Shown here in pieces: positions 48,204-56,158 of a stretch of 64,000 bases of DNA. Where the stretch lies: IMG/VR virus record IMGVR_UViG_3300047558_000137, positions 1-64,000 of that record. One strand, given 5' to 3'. The notes under the pieces are model-generated. The model was given only the letters and a program-made list of their open reading frames with translations, was not told the DNA's origin and ran no database searches. The first letter of the stretch is position 1. Every line of letters begins with the position of its first letter. The position numbers and the translations under genes were made by a program.

Positions 48204-49497
48204 TACACTATGCATGGCGCCGTGGACGCACACATACCTAAGCCCACAAACAGAACGTAGGATGTGTTGTGCCAGCCGAGAACCTGCACAAAACTTTCAG
48301 CAGTATATCGACACTAGCGCCGGCACCGGGCGATATATACCTATCACTTTGGATGAACACTGGAATGGAGAGCACATGAGGTCCGTGCGCCTACGTATGA
48401 TGCGTGGGGAAATCCTCCCAGAGTGCGAAGTATGTAATGATCGACTGTTGAATACTTCCGTTTACCGCAGTTATTTTAATCAACTGTTTGGTCATAAGTA
48501 CAATGAAGCAATGGCAAATACAGCCGAAGATGGTACGACTACATTGCAGCCAGTTAGTTGGGATTACCGTTTTAGTAATCTCTGTAACTTCAAATGTCGC
48601 ATGTGTGGGGACATGTTAAGCAGTGCTTGGGAGTCCGAGCAACGCCAACACAACATGATCAATTGGCACGATCCAAAGAACAATTGGATGAAGCCTGAGA
48701 TCAAAAAACAAATTGAAAGTTTTCAAGAAGGTCAAATAGAAGCCGAGTTCTCAAAGGCAGTTGAAGAACACAGAGTTGAAGAAGTATACTGGGTAGGTGG
48801 CGAGCCACTAATGTATGAACAACACTGGCGTTACATGGCTCGCATAGTTGAACTAGGAGATGGACCAAATGTTTACGCTCGTTATAACACCAACTTATCT
48901 CGCGTTAATTACAAGGGTATCAATTTGTATAGTGATATTCTTAGCCGGGTTCGTGACTGGCAAATATGCGCTTCAATTGATGGCACTGGGAAAATCGGGG
49001 AGTATATCAGAACCGGACTCGATTATGATCAATGGCTTAGAAACTTCCGTGCAGGAGTTGAGATCGCAACTCACAGACGTCAGATGCGAATTGACTTTAC
49101 ACTCACACTGCCAGGAATGTTCGAAGTTGAACGAATACAACAGCTCGCAGACAAGTTAAATGTAGACGTACTTGCTAAAGTAATTTTTAGTTTTAGCCCG
49201 GACATAGTTATGTCACCTTTAGCACTACCCAGAGAACTTCTAGATCCCTGGATAGACGAAACACTAAGAGAATTCGATTCAATTGGCACGAGCCCGTTAA
49301 AGGATATCCTTGTCCAGCTAAAAACTAGACCTACATTTGAAGAACAATGGCCCGACGAATACCGTACGGCTATTGCAAAAGGCAAAGCTCGTGTGTTAAA
49401 ATTAGAGCAAATACGTACACAGTCAATTACTATGACCGATATATTAAGTCAACGTCCGGACGTATTAGAATGGTGGATGAGCATTGAAACAATTTAA
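48190..49497 (+). CDS. Twitch-domain radical SAM protein
   Basis: CMAPWTH...MCC, CNFKCRMC, VGGEP, YNTN, ASIDG. Confidence 0.9.
   Translation: MQKPDTLCMAPWTHTYLSPQTERRMCCASREPAQNFQQYIDTSAGTGRYIPITLDEHWNGEHMRSVRLRMMRGEILPECEVCNDRLLNTSVYRSYFNQLFGHKYNEAMANTAEDGTTTLQPVSWDYRFSNLCNFKCRMCGDMLSSAWESEQRQHNMINWHDPKNNWMKPEIKKQIESFQEGQIEAEFSKAVEEHRVEEVYWVGGEPLMYEQHWRYMARIVELGDGPNVYARYNTNLSRVNYKGINLYSDILSRVRDWQICASIDGTGKIGEYIRTGLDYDQWLRNFRAGVEIATHRRQMRIDFTLTLPGMFEVERIQQLADKLNVDVLAKVIFSFSPDIVMSPLALPRELLDPWIDETLREFDSIGTSPLKDILVQLKTRPTFEEQWPDEYRTAIAKGKARVLKLEQIRTQSITMTDILSQRPDVLEWWMSIETI
48869..49159 (+). CDS. Putative nested +1-frame protein with N-terminal TM and coiled coil
   Basis: AGGAG 9 nt before ATG 48869; +1 stops are dense on both flanks and absent inside. 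Confidence 0.5.
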   Translation: MFTLVITPTYLALITRVSICIVIFLAGFVTGKYALQLMALGKSGSISEPDSIMINGLETSVQELRSQLTDVRCELTLHSHCQECSKLNEYNSSQTS

Positions 49498-49705
49498 AAT
49501 CAAAAACAGCATGATACCAGAAGTTACCCGATGGTGTCTGGAGAATTTAGGTAAAGAAAATATTCGTTGGTGGGTGTCACCTATTGGTACAGGTAACTGG
49601 AATGGTACCACATCAAAGTTTGAAAATGATATACAGTTGTTTATTGATGTTACTGAAGAAGAAGAAACCAACTTAACATATTTTGTTTTACGATATGATC
49701 AATAA
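49484..49705 (+). CDS. Hypothetical protein
   Basis: 73-aa ORF coupled to neighbours. Confidence 0.6.
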   Translation: MKQFKIKNSMIPEVTRWCLENLGKENIRWWVSPIGTGNWNGTTSKFENDIQLFIDVTEEEETNLTYFVLRYDQ

Positions 49706-50771
49706 AGTTATTGTTACACTACGTAACCCGCTGGCAAAAAATGAAACGTTAGACTACATAATTGAAGTAAACGATAGTCCAATGGGTTCTCGTTGGTACA
49801 TGGCCCTATATGATCTATTAAAGCAAAACCGGTATCTTGAAAAGAACTTTTGCTTTTTAGGTTTTCCTGACAGTGCCCGCGACCTAGAATATATTTGTCA
49901 AGAACTAGAATGGGCCGTTAAGCAGATTAATAGTTTCTTTGATCCCAGTGACTACTACATAGGACAGGCCTTTACGCCAGACAATCTGCGAGAAGGACTC
50001 GATCCTAATCAAGCGATGTTCAACGTATTGCACAATCACTTTGAGCACTTACAAGGTACAGTTTGGGGTCTAAGTGAATGGTACAAACGTGCCGACTATG
50101 AAACTAAGTTTGCCATTAGACAACTAAACAATCTATGTCACGAAGCAGAAAGCCTACTACTAAGTCAACGCAAACAGGTAGAAGCACCAGACTGGGTTAG
50201 ACCCAGTCAAATAACTACATTCTTAAATGCACAGCGATTGGAATTCCCCGATGAACTTAAAACGACTTTTGAAGAAACGAGATATGATCGTAAATTCGGT
50301 CAGGTATACTTACATTGGACCCAAATTGGGAAGACGCTATACGAGGTATTTAGAGATGAAGGGGGCGTGGCGGTGGATCAAGCCACTTGCGATGCTATTA
50401 CTCACTTACGATACTATTCGGGTGAATTTGATATTGAGTGGGCGCAGGACGTTGTCTATGGTGGACCGCATCCTTGGCACACCCGAGAAATTGATTTATT
50501 CAGATCTTGGCTTGAACAAAACAGATTCAACTTGGTGGACAGAAATTACAATTTTGGATATCACGCCGTCGGCCAAGTTAATCTTGCAGAGTCTTTTGGA
50601 ACAACCAACCACCGTGAAGTTTGGCCCATACTCTCTAGACACCTCGATATCTATAGCATACAAGCCGGCAGTGCCAAGTCAGTATACGACTATAACTGGA
50701 CAGACGTAGATTACTACCAACAACAAATAGAAAGATTGAAACCCGGATATGATTATAGTAGCAGGCGGTGA
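49695..50771 (+). CDS. Hypothetical protein
   Basis: About 358 aa; ATG 49695 preferred over TTG 49683. Confidence 0.75.
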   Translation: MINKVIVTLRNPLAKNETLDYIIEVNDSPMGSRWYMALYDLLKQNRYLEKNFCFLGFPDSARDLEYICQELEWAVKQINSFFDPSDYYIGQAFTPDNLREGLDPNQAMFNVLHNHFEHLQGTVWGLSEWYKRADYETKFAIRQLNNLCHEAESLLLSQRKQVEAPDWVRPSQITTFLNAQRLEFPDELKTTFEETRYDRKFGQVYLHWTQIGKTLYEVFRDEGGVAVDQATCDAITHLRYYSGEFDIEWAQDVVYGGPHPWHTREIDLFRSWLEQNRFNLVDRNYNFGYHAVGQVNLAESFGTTNHREVWPILSRHLDIYSIQAGSAKSVYDYNWTDVDYYQQQIERLKPGYDYSSRR

Positions 50772-51570
50772 TAGTTTTATATTTGGATCTGAATTAGCAG
50801 ATCAAACTGGTGCCCGCGCAAGCATGAATACTATTCCTGCCTTGCTTAGTAAAAGCATTGGGGCCGAATATACGTGTCTAGCAGTTCCCGGTAATGCCAA
50901 CAATGCTATTGCTAGACAGGTAATGGACTATTGCGAAACATACAAAGAAAATAAAATGTTTGTTTTTGTTATGTGGACATTTGTACACAGATACGATTTC
51001 AGATTCAATTACTCCACTGGGCGTAAAACAAGTCCCTGGCATAGCATAAACTTATGGGATATAGTAGACGATGTTGCAACACTTAAAAAAGAATTTGCAA
51101 ATCAAAATCAAAATGTTTTTGATGAATTAGTAAACGATAGATACCGAGCTGATTCAACTGGATTATCTGAGTTTTCTAAAATGTTTTACAAGCATGTTGG
51201 TAATAGTGAATACTATGAATTTTATACTAGTCTTAAAGAAATTGTGTTTTTGCAGAATTATCTAGACATAAACAATATACCATTTATGTTTACCTTTGCT
51301 GACATACATTTTAAAGACAGCGATCAAATTAAGCGTCATTTAACTGACCCCAGTATGCGTACACTTTACAATCAAATCAAGTGGGACCACTGGTATGAAT
51401 TTCCTGCAGGAACTAAAAAAGGCGAAACATTGGATCCAAGAGGTTTTTATCAGTGGGCTGTGGAGAATAAATATCAAGTAGGCACTACACATCCGCTAGA
51501 ACAAGCACACGCAGATGCTGCCCAATTAATGCAGGAAAAATTCAATGAAATGGTTAAAAAATCTCTATAA
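50749..51570 (+). CDS. SGNH/GDSL-like hydrolase or acyltransferase
   Basis: GGDSFIFG, AVPGNAN, THP. Confidence 0.65.
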   Translation: MIIVAGGDSFIFGSELADQTGARASMNTIPALLSKSIGAEYTCLAVPGNANNAIARQVMDYCETYKENKMFVFVMWTFVHRYDFRFNYSTGRKTSPWHSINLWDIVDDVATLKKEFANQNQNVFDELVNDRYRADSTGLSEFSKMFYKHVGNSEYYEFYTSLKEIVFLQNYLDINNIPFMFTFADIHFKDSDQIKRHLTDPSMRTLYNQIKWDHWYEFPAGTKKGETLDPRGFYQWAVENKYQVGTTHPLEQAHADAAQLMQEKFNEMVKKSL

Positions 51571-51646
51571 CCGAATTGTGCTCGAAATTCGTTATCGTAA
51601 AAAACTCAAAGAGCTACGTAAACGCGATCCATTTATCTATAAATGA
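51545..51646 (+). CDS. Small basic protein (33 aa, ends DPFIYK; below the track cut-off)
   Basis: MKWLKNLYNRIVLEIRYRKKLKELRKRDPFIYK fills the gap and its TGA overlaps the next ATG. Confidence 0.6.
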   Translation: MKWLKNLYNRIVLEIRYRKKLKELRKRDPFIYK

Positions 51647-52305
51647 TTAAACACATACTAACTGTCGGCGACAGTTTTACCTACGGGGAAGAACTTGAAA
51701 ACAGAGACAATGCATATCCCTATTATCTTGCTAAAGGGTTAAAAGCTGAAGTAGTTAATCTTGGACAGCCTAGTGGTGGTAATCGTCAAATGGTACGCAA
51801 AGTAATAGATTATGTTCTAAGTGGTGAACCGTTAGATCTAGTAATCATTGGGTGGACAAGTCCCGGGCGTATAGAGTTTGCAGATGCCAATGGTGTGTTT
51901 GATATATGGCCCGGCTACGGGGGAGACCTGTTTAGACGTGACGGGCAAGAGTGGCGACTAGAATTACTAGACTACATTAACAAGCATCACGATCCAGAAT
52001 ATCTATATAGACAACATCTTAACGATATTATTCTGTTACAGAGTTTTTTACAACAGCGTAACATACGTTATCTAATGTTAAAGGTAGTTGGTAATGAGTA
52101 TTATCACAATACCTACTACAATGAAGATGCAGTATTGCCTAAACAAATTGATGCAACACACTTTGTGGGATGGCCCAATCAAGGGATGGCAGAATGGACA
52201 AACGGATGTCGACGTGGACCACGTGGGCATTTTCTCGAAGAAGGTCACAGAAAGGTGACAGCAAAACTTTATGAACATATTAGGAATCTCGGCTGGCTTT
52301 CATGA
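51643..52305 (+). CDS. SGNH/GDSL-like hydrolase or acyltransferase
   Basis: VGDSFTYG, NLGQPSGGN, GHF. Confidence 0.7.
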   Translation: MIKHILTVGDSFTYGEELENRDNAYPYYLAKGLKAEVVNLGQPSGGNRQMVRKVIDYVLSGEPLDLVIIGWTSPGRIEFADANGVFDIWPGYGGDLFRRDGQEWRLELLDYINKHHDPEYLYRQHLNDIILLQSFLQQRNIRYLMLKVVGNEYYHNTYYNEDAVLPKQIDATHFVGWPNQGMAEWTNGCRRGPRGHFLEEGHRKVTAKLYEHIRNLGWLS

Positions 52306-53761
52306 TGCAGCCGCAACAGTATTAGACGATGATGGGAACATCTTATTTGCCTCACACAGCGAGCGTTACAGTAAGCAGAAGTCTGATGCTAATTTTTGCA
52401 GCCCTCTTATTCGTGAGCTTGAGCAGTACAATCCAATTGGAACCGCAGCCTACTATGAGCGCCCATTGGTTAAACAGCTACGACAGCTTTATGCAGGACA
52501 GGGATTTGAATGGAACAAACTATCTACAAAGAAGTTGGTACATGATCAAATTGGTTATGCCAAGTGGTGGGACCTTAGCAAGTACAGAAGTTTCAACCAC
52601 CATCTTAGTCATGCAGCCGCTGGATTCCAGACTAGCAGTTTTGATAGGGCAACGGTCGTTGTAATCGATGCAATAGGTGAATTTGAAACAGTAACCATAT
52701 GGGGTGCAGAATATGATAGCACAGGTCGAGCAGTTTATAAAAAGTTGTGGCAACGCAATTACCCGCATAGCATTGGACTCTTTTACACTGGAGCTACTAA
52801 GCGGGTTGGCCTTAAGCCACTAGACGAAGAATACATTCTAATGGGCATGGCCGCCTATGGCAACCGCGGATTCAGCGATTTACTAAAGATGGACTTAATT
52901 GACAATGAATGGGAAATTAAATTCAAACAGAATATGCACACAGGGCTAACATTAAAGTATCTAAATGATGCAACAGCAGATTTTGATGTAGCAGCCGCGG
53001 CCCAAGATCTAGTAGAAGATTTAATACTTAACGTTATGCTTAGAGCCAAACAGTTTAAGTGGAGTGACAATTTAGTTTACATGGGCGGGTGCGCCCTTAA
53101 TTGTAGTGCCAATGCACGTATAGGAGCTTACTTTGATAATATATGGATTATGCCTAATCCTGGTGACGCTGGTAGCAGCCTTGGTGCTGCCGCTTTGGCT
53201 TATGGGCGTAGAATTAACTGGACCAGTGCTTATCTCGGGCATAATATTCCTGGCAATTATCCCGTTATGGAGCTTTTGGATAGGCTACTTGCTGAACAGA
53301 TTGTGGGAGTGGCAAGTGGACGTGCCGAATTCGGCCCCCGCGCACTCGGAAACCGTAGCCTCCTTGCGGACCCTCGAGGCAGCGAGATTAAGGAGAGAGT
53401 AAATGACATTAAACGTAGGCAACAGTTCAGACCCTTTGCGCCAGTTATTTTGGAAGAGTTGGCTGACACTTACTTTGATATGCCTCGCGGTTGGGGTAAC
53501 AGTAGGTATATGCAAACAGTCGCTCGTTGTAGGTTTCCTGACCTATTTCCTGCTATCGTTCATCATGACGGCACTAGTCGTGTACAAACTGTGCCGCGTG
53601 ATGGATCGGGAATACGAGAGCTGTTAGAACGATGGTTTGTAATGACTGACTGCCCTATGCTGCTCAATACAAGCCTGAACATACGTGGCGAACCAATGGT
53701 TAATGATCGTGCAGATGCAGATCGATTTGAAAAATTATATGGTATAAAGGTCTGCTCATGA
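52271..53761 (+). CDS. Carbamoyltransferase (NodU/CmcH family)
   Basis: GFHDAAA, HSERY, HHLSHAAAG, GDAGSSLGAA, GRAEFGPRALGNRSLLADP, RPFAP, LLNTSLN. Confidence 0.93.
   Translation: MNILGISAGFHDAAATVLDDDGNILFASHSERYSKQKSDANFCSPLIRELEQYNPIGTAAYYERPLVKQLRQLYAGQGFEWNKLSTKKLVHDQIGYAKWWDLSKYRSFNHHLSHAAAGFQTSSFDRATVVVIDAIGEFETVTIWGAEYDSTGRAVYKKLWQRNYPHSIGLFYTGATKRVGLKPLDEEYILMGMAAYGNRGFSDLLKMDLIDNEWEIKFKQNMHTGLTLKYLNDATADFDVAAAAQDLVEDLILNVMLRAKQFKWSDNLVYMGGCALNCSANARIGAYFDNIWIMPNPGDAGSSLGAAALAYGRRINWTSAYLGHNIPGNYPVMELLDRLLAEQIVGVASGRAEFGPRALGNRSLLADPRGSEIKERVNDIKRRQQFRPFAPVILEELADTYFDMPRGWGNSRYMQTVARCRFPDLFPAIVHHDGTSRVQTVPRDGSGIRELLERWFVMTDCPMLLNTSLNIRGEPMVNDRADADRFEKLYGIKVCS
53133..53402 (+). CDS. 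Putative nested +1-frame 89-aa two-TM protein in the carbamoyltransferase gene
   Basis: AGGAG 6 nt before TTG; two hydrophobic helices. Confidence 0.55.
   Translation: MIIYGLCLILVTLVAALVLPLWLMGVELTGPVLISGIIFLAIIPLWSFWIGYLLNRLWEWQVDVPNSAPAHSETVASLRTLEAARLRRE
53403..53627 (+). CDS. Putative nested +1-frame 74-aa two-TM protein in the carbamoyltransferase gene
   Basis: TAAGGAG 7 nt before ATG; TAA-ATG junction with the preceding nested ORF. Confidence 0.6.
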   Translation: MTLNVGNSSDPLRQLFWKSWLTLTLICLAVGVTVGICKQSLVVGFLTYFLLSFIMTALVVYKLCRVMDREYESC

Positions 53762-54486
53762 CGCAAACTAGATGGGATTACACTACGTCCCAAAGTAAAT
53801 GGCATTTTAATACACACGCATCATCTGCGCCCGGTGTTGATAATTTTATACATGTTTGCAGATTTAATGCAGATTTTCCAGAGGCATGTACCTTAGCCGA
53901 AGGTGGATTAAAACCAAATAACTGGAGCACAGGGGTGCTTCGTCCTTGGCTTAAAAATCAAGAAGTCGGGCCGGATCAAGCAGACTTAGTACGTGCAGGA
54001 GCCGACCCTAATGGCGAAATATACGACAGGGCACCAGCAGATCATGTACCATTGTTTTGTGCTATATCGGACTATCTTGGAATGGAAAAGCCTATCATTA
54101 AATATCATGTTCAACGTACAGGACAATATGTAGTTACACATATAGATGATTTTTTTCAAACTGGATTCAATCGTTGGAATTGGTTAGAACGCAATAGAGG
54201 TGAGCCGTTAACAGAACCAAGAGATGTAAAAATAAGAAGATTTGCAATTATGTTAGATGATTGGAAATTAGGACAAATATTTCAAGTTGGTACAGCAAAC
54301 TGGCACCAATGGCGTGCGGGAGATTGCATTACATGGGATTGGTATAATACACCGCACTCTACAGCAAATCTAGGATGGGCGCCTCGCCATATGTTACAAA
54401 TCACAGGTGCAGAAACACTGCGTACACAAGAAGTATTAGCACAAGCTAATATCAACAAAATTATAGATATAAAGGAACTGTTATGA
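53758..54486 (+). CDS. Cupin / 2OG-Fe(II) oxygenase-like protein
   Basis: HIDD (HxD) and PHSTANLG...RHMLQITG. Confidence 0.55.
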   Translation: MTQTRWDYTTSQSKWHFNTHASSAPGVDNFIHVCRFNADFPEACTLAEGGLKPNNWSTGVLRPWLKNQEVGPDQADLVRAGADPNGEIYDRAPADHVPLFCAISDYLGMEKPIIKYHVQRTGQYVVTHIDDFFQTGFNRWNWLERNRGEPLTEPRDVKIRRFAIMLDDWKLGQIFQVGTANWHQWRAGDCITWDWYNTPHSTANLGWAPRHMLQITGAETLRTQEVLAQANINKIIDIKELL

Positions 54487-55283
54487 AAACGCCACAACGT
54501 ATTCTTATTATGGGCTTACCCGGTGCAGGTAAGACTTACTTAGCACAGCACATACTAGATCATTTACAGGCTGAGAAAAAACGTGTAGGTTGGTTAAACG
54601 CTGACGATGTACGTAAGAAGTATAACGATTGGGACTTTAGTGTTGATGGTCGCATACGTCAAAGTCATCGTATGCGTGAACTAGCAGACTCAATGGCGGA
54701 TATGGATTATGTGATCTGTGACTTTGTTGCACCACTAGTGGAAATGCGTAACAACTTTAAAGCAGATTGGACTGTTTGGGTAGACACGATTGATAAGGGA
54801 CGGTTTGAAGATACAAACAAGGCCTTTATTGCTCCTGATATCTACGACTTTAGAGTAACAGAACAGAGATCAGAGTGGTGGGGCGAATTTATTGCCGCAC
54901 ACATACTAGACAATCGCAGACGTCCTGTGTTCGATTGGCAAAAGGAAACAGTACAGATGTTAGGACGTTGGCAACCTTGGCATGCCGGTCATCGTGCATT
55001 GTTTGAACGTGCTATTGCCAAGACTGGACAGGTAGTAATTCAAATACGTGACTGCCAAGGTTGGCAAGGATCAAACCCATTTGCTATCGAACAGGTTAAG
55101 AGCTTTATTCGTAGAGACTTGGATCCCATCTATCAAGGACAGTATGAAATCCAAGTGGTGCCCAACATTGTAAACATTACCTATGGTCGAGATGTGGGCT
55201 ACAAGATAGAGCAAGAAATGTTTGATGAATCAATTACAGATATCTCTGCAACAAAGATTCGTCGGAGCATGGGTCTTGAGTGA
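54483..55283 (+). CDS. Adenylylsulfate-kinase-like domain fused to a nucleotidyltransferase domain
   Basis: GLPGAGKT, LNADDVR, then GRWQPWHAGH (HxGH). Confidence 0.8.
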   Translation: MKTPQRILIMGLPGAGKTYLAQHILDHLQAEKKRVGWLNADDVRKKYNDWDFSVDGRIRQSHRMRELADSMADMDYVICDFVAPLVEMRNNFKADWTVWVDTIDKGRFEDTNKAFIAPDIYDFRVTEQRSEWWGEFIAAHILDNRRRPVFDWQKETVQMLGRWQPWHAGHRALFERAIAKTGQVVIQIRDCQGWQGSNPFAIEQVKSFIRRDLDPIYQGQYEIQVVPNIVNITYGRDVGYKIEQEMFDESITDISATKIRRSMGLE

Positions 55284-55479
55284 TACCCCAAAACGTAGTC
55301 TAGCAAAGACTATCAGCTGGCGCATAACTGGTAGTGGCGCAACGTTTGCTATCAGTTATGCCATCCTGGGTGATGTAACGGTATCCAGCACAATAGCAGT
55401 TATCCAGCTAACTTTTAATACAATCTTGTATTTTGCCCACGAGCGTTTGTGGGACAAAATCCGCTGGGGGCGGAATTAA
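55276..55479 (+). CDS. DUF2061-like small membrane protein
   Basis: RSLAKTISWR...YFAHERLW; TTG start overlapping the upstream stop. Confidence 0.75.
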   Translation: MSDTPKRSLAKTISWRITGSGATFAISYAILGDVTVSSTIAVIQLTFNTILYFAHERLWDKIRWGRN

Positions 55480-55486
55480 ACCCTAA

Positions 55487-55573
55487 AAAGTAATACTTTA
55501 GTACTACTTTGTTGTAAAAATACAACAAAAATTCCTGATTTTTGGCGTCTTTTGCCCAAAATGGTGTTATACT
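55487..55573 (+). promoter_or_regulatory. Palindromic operator cluster and early-type promoter
   Basis: AAAGTA-A-TACTTT, AGTA-C-TACT, TTTGTTGTA-AAAA-TACAACAAA, then CAAAA-N6-TATACT. Confidence 0.6.
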
Positions 55574-55608
55574 AATGACATAGCAACACACAACCAGGAG
55601 TTGAAAAA

Positions 55609-55830
55609 ATGGAACTTACAGTAGGAACAAAAATTCGTTATACTAGCGCCGCTGGTACACGCAACGCAGAAATCGTCAGCATCAAAGTTGGTCCAACTGC
55701 TAAGAAGGGTTTTTTGAATACTTGGCTTACATTGTTTGTTCCAGCACAAAATGGTGCCAAATTTGACACACATGTTCAAATCCCCGCAGACGACGCCAGT
55801 GTTAAAATGTTCAAAATCCAAACTATCTAA
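55609..55830 (+). CDS. Hypothetical early protein
   Basis: AGGAG Shine-Dalgarno. Confidence 0.7.
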   Translation: MELTVGTKIRYTSAAGTRNAEIVSIKVGPTAKKGFLNTWLTLFVPAQNGAKFDTHVQIPADDASVKMFKIQTI

Positions 55831-55840
55831 GGAGCCGAAA

Positions 55841-56098
55841 ATGAAAGCACTCAACGCATACGTGGCACAAACAAACAAGTGGAATGCTATGTTTAAAGGT
55901 CGTCAATTTGATTTGACAGTGGCCGCAGATCGCCAAGCACTTGCTGATCGTATTGACGCCGCACTTAGCCCAGAGAATCTTACATGCGATGGCGAACTGA
56001 GCCGCGCAGAAGTTAACCGTCGCTACAAAGAACTTACAACTGTTGCAAAAGAGCTACAGAAGTTGGATCCAAGTGTAACATTTTACGAATTTGGTTAA
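55841..56098 (+). CDS. Hypothetical early protein
   Basis: TAAGGAG Shine-Dalgarno before ATG 55841; LSPENLTCDGE motif. Confidence 0.7.
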   Translation: MKALNAYVAQTNKWNAMFKGRQFDLTVAADRQALADRIDAALSPENLTCDGELSRAEVNRRYKELTTVAKELQKLDPSVTFYEFG

Positions 56099-56158
56099 AA
56101 TGGGCCAAAAAGCCTGTATAATCAATACATGTTCAACAAACTGCTAAAGGATAGCAAA

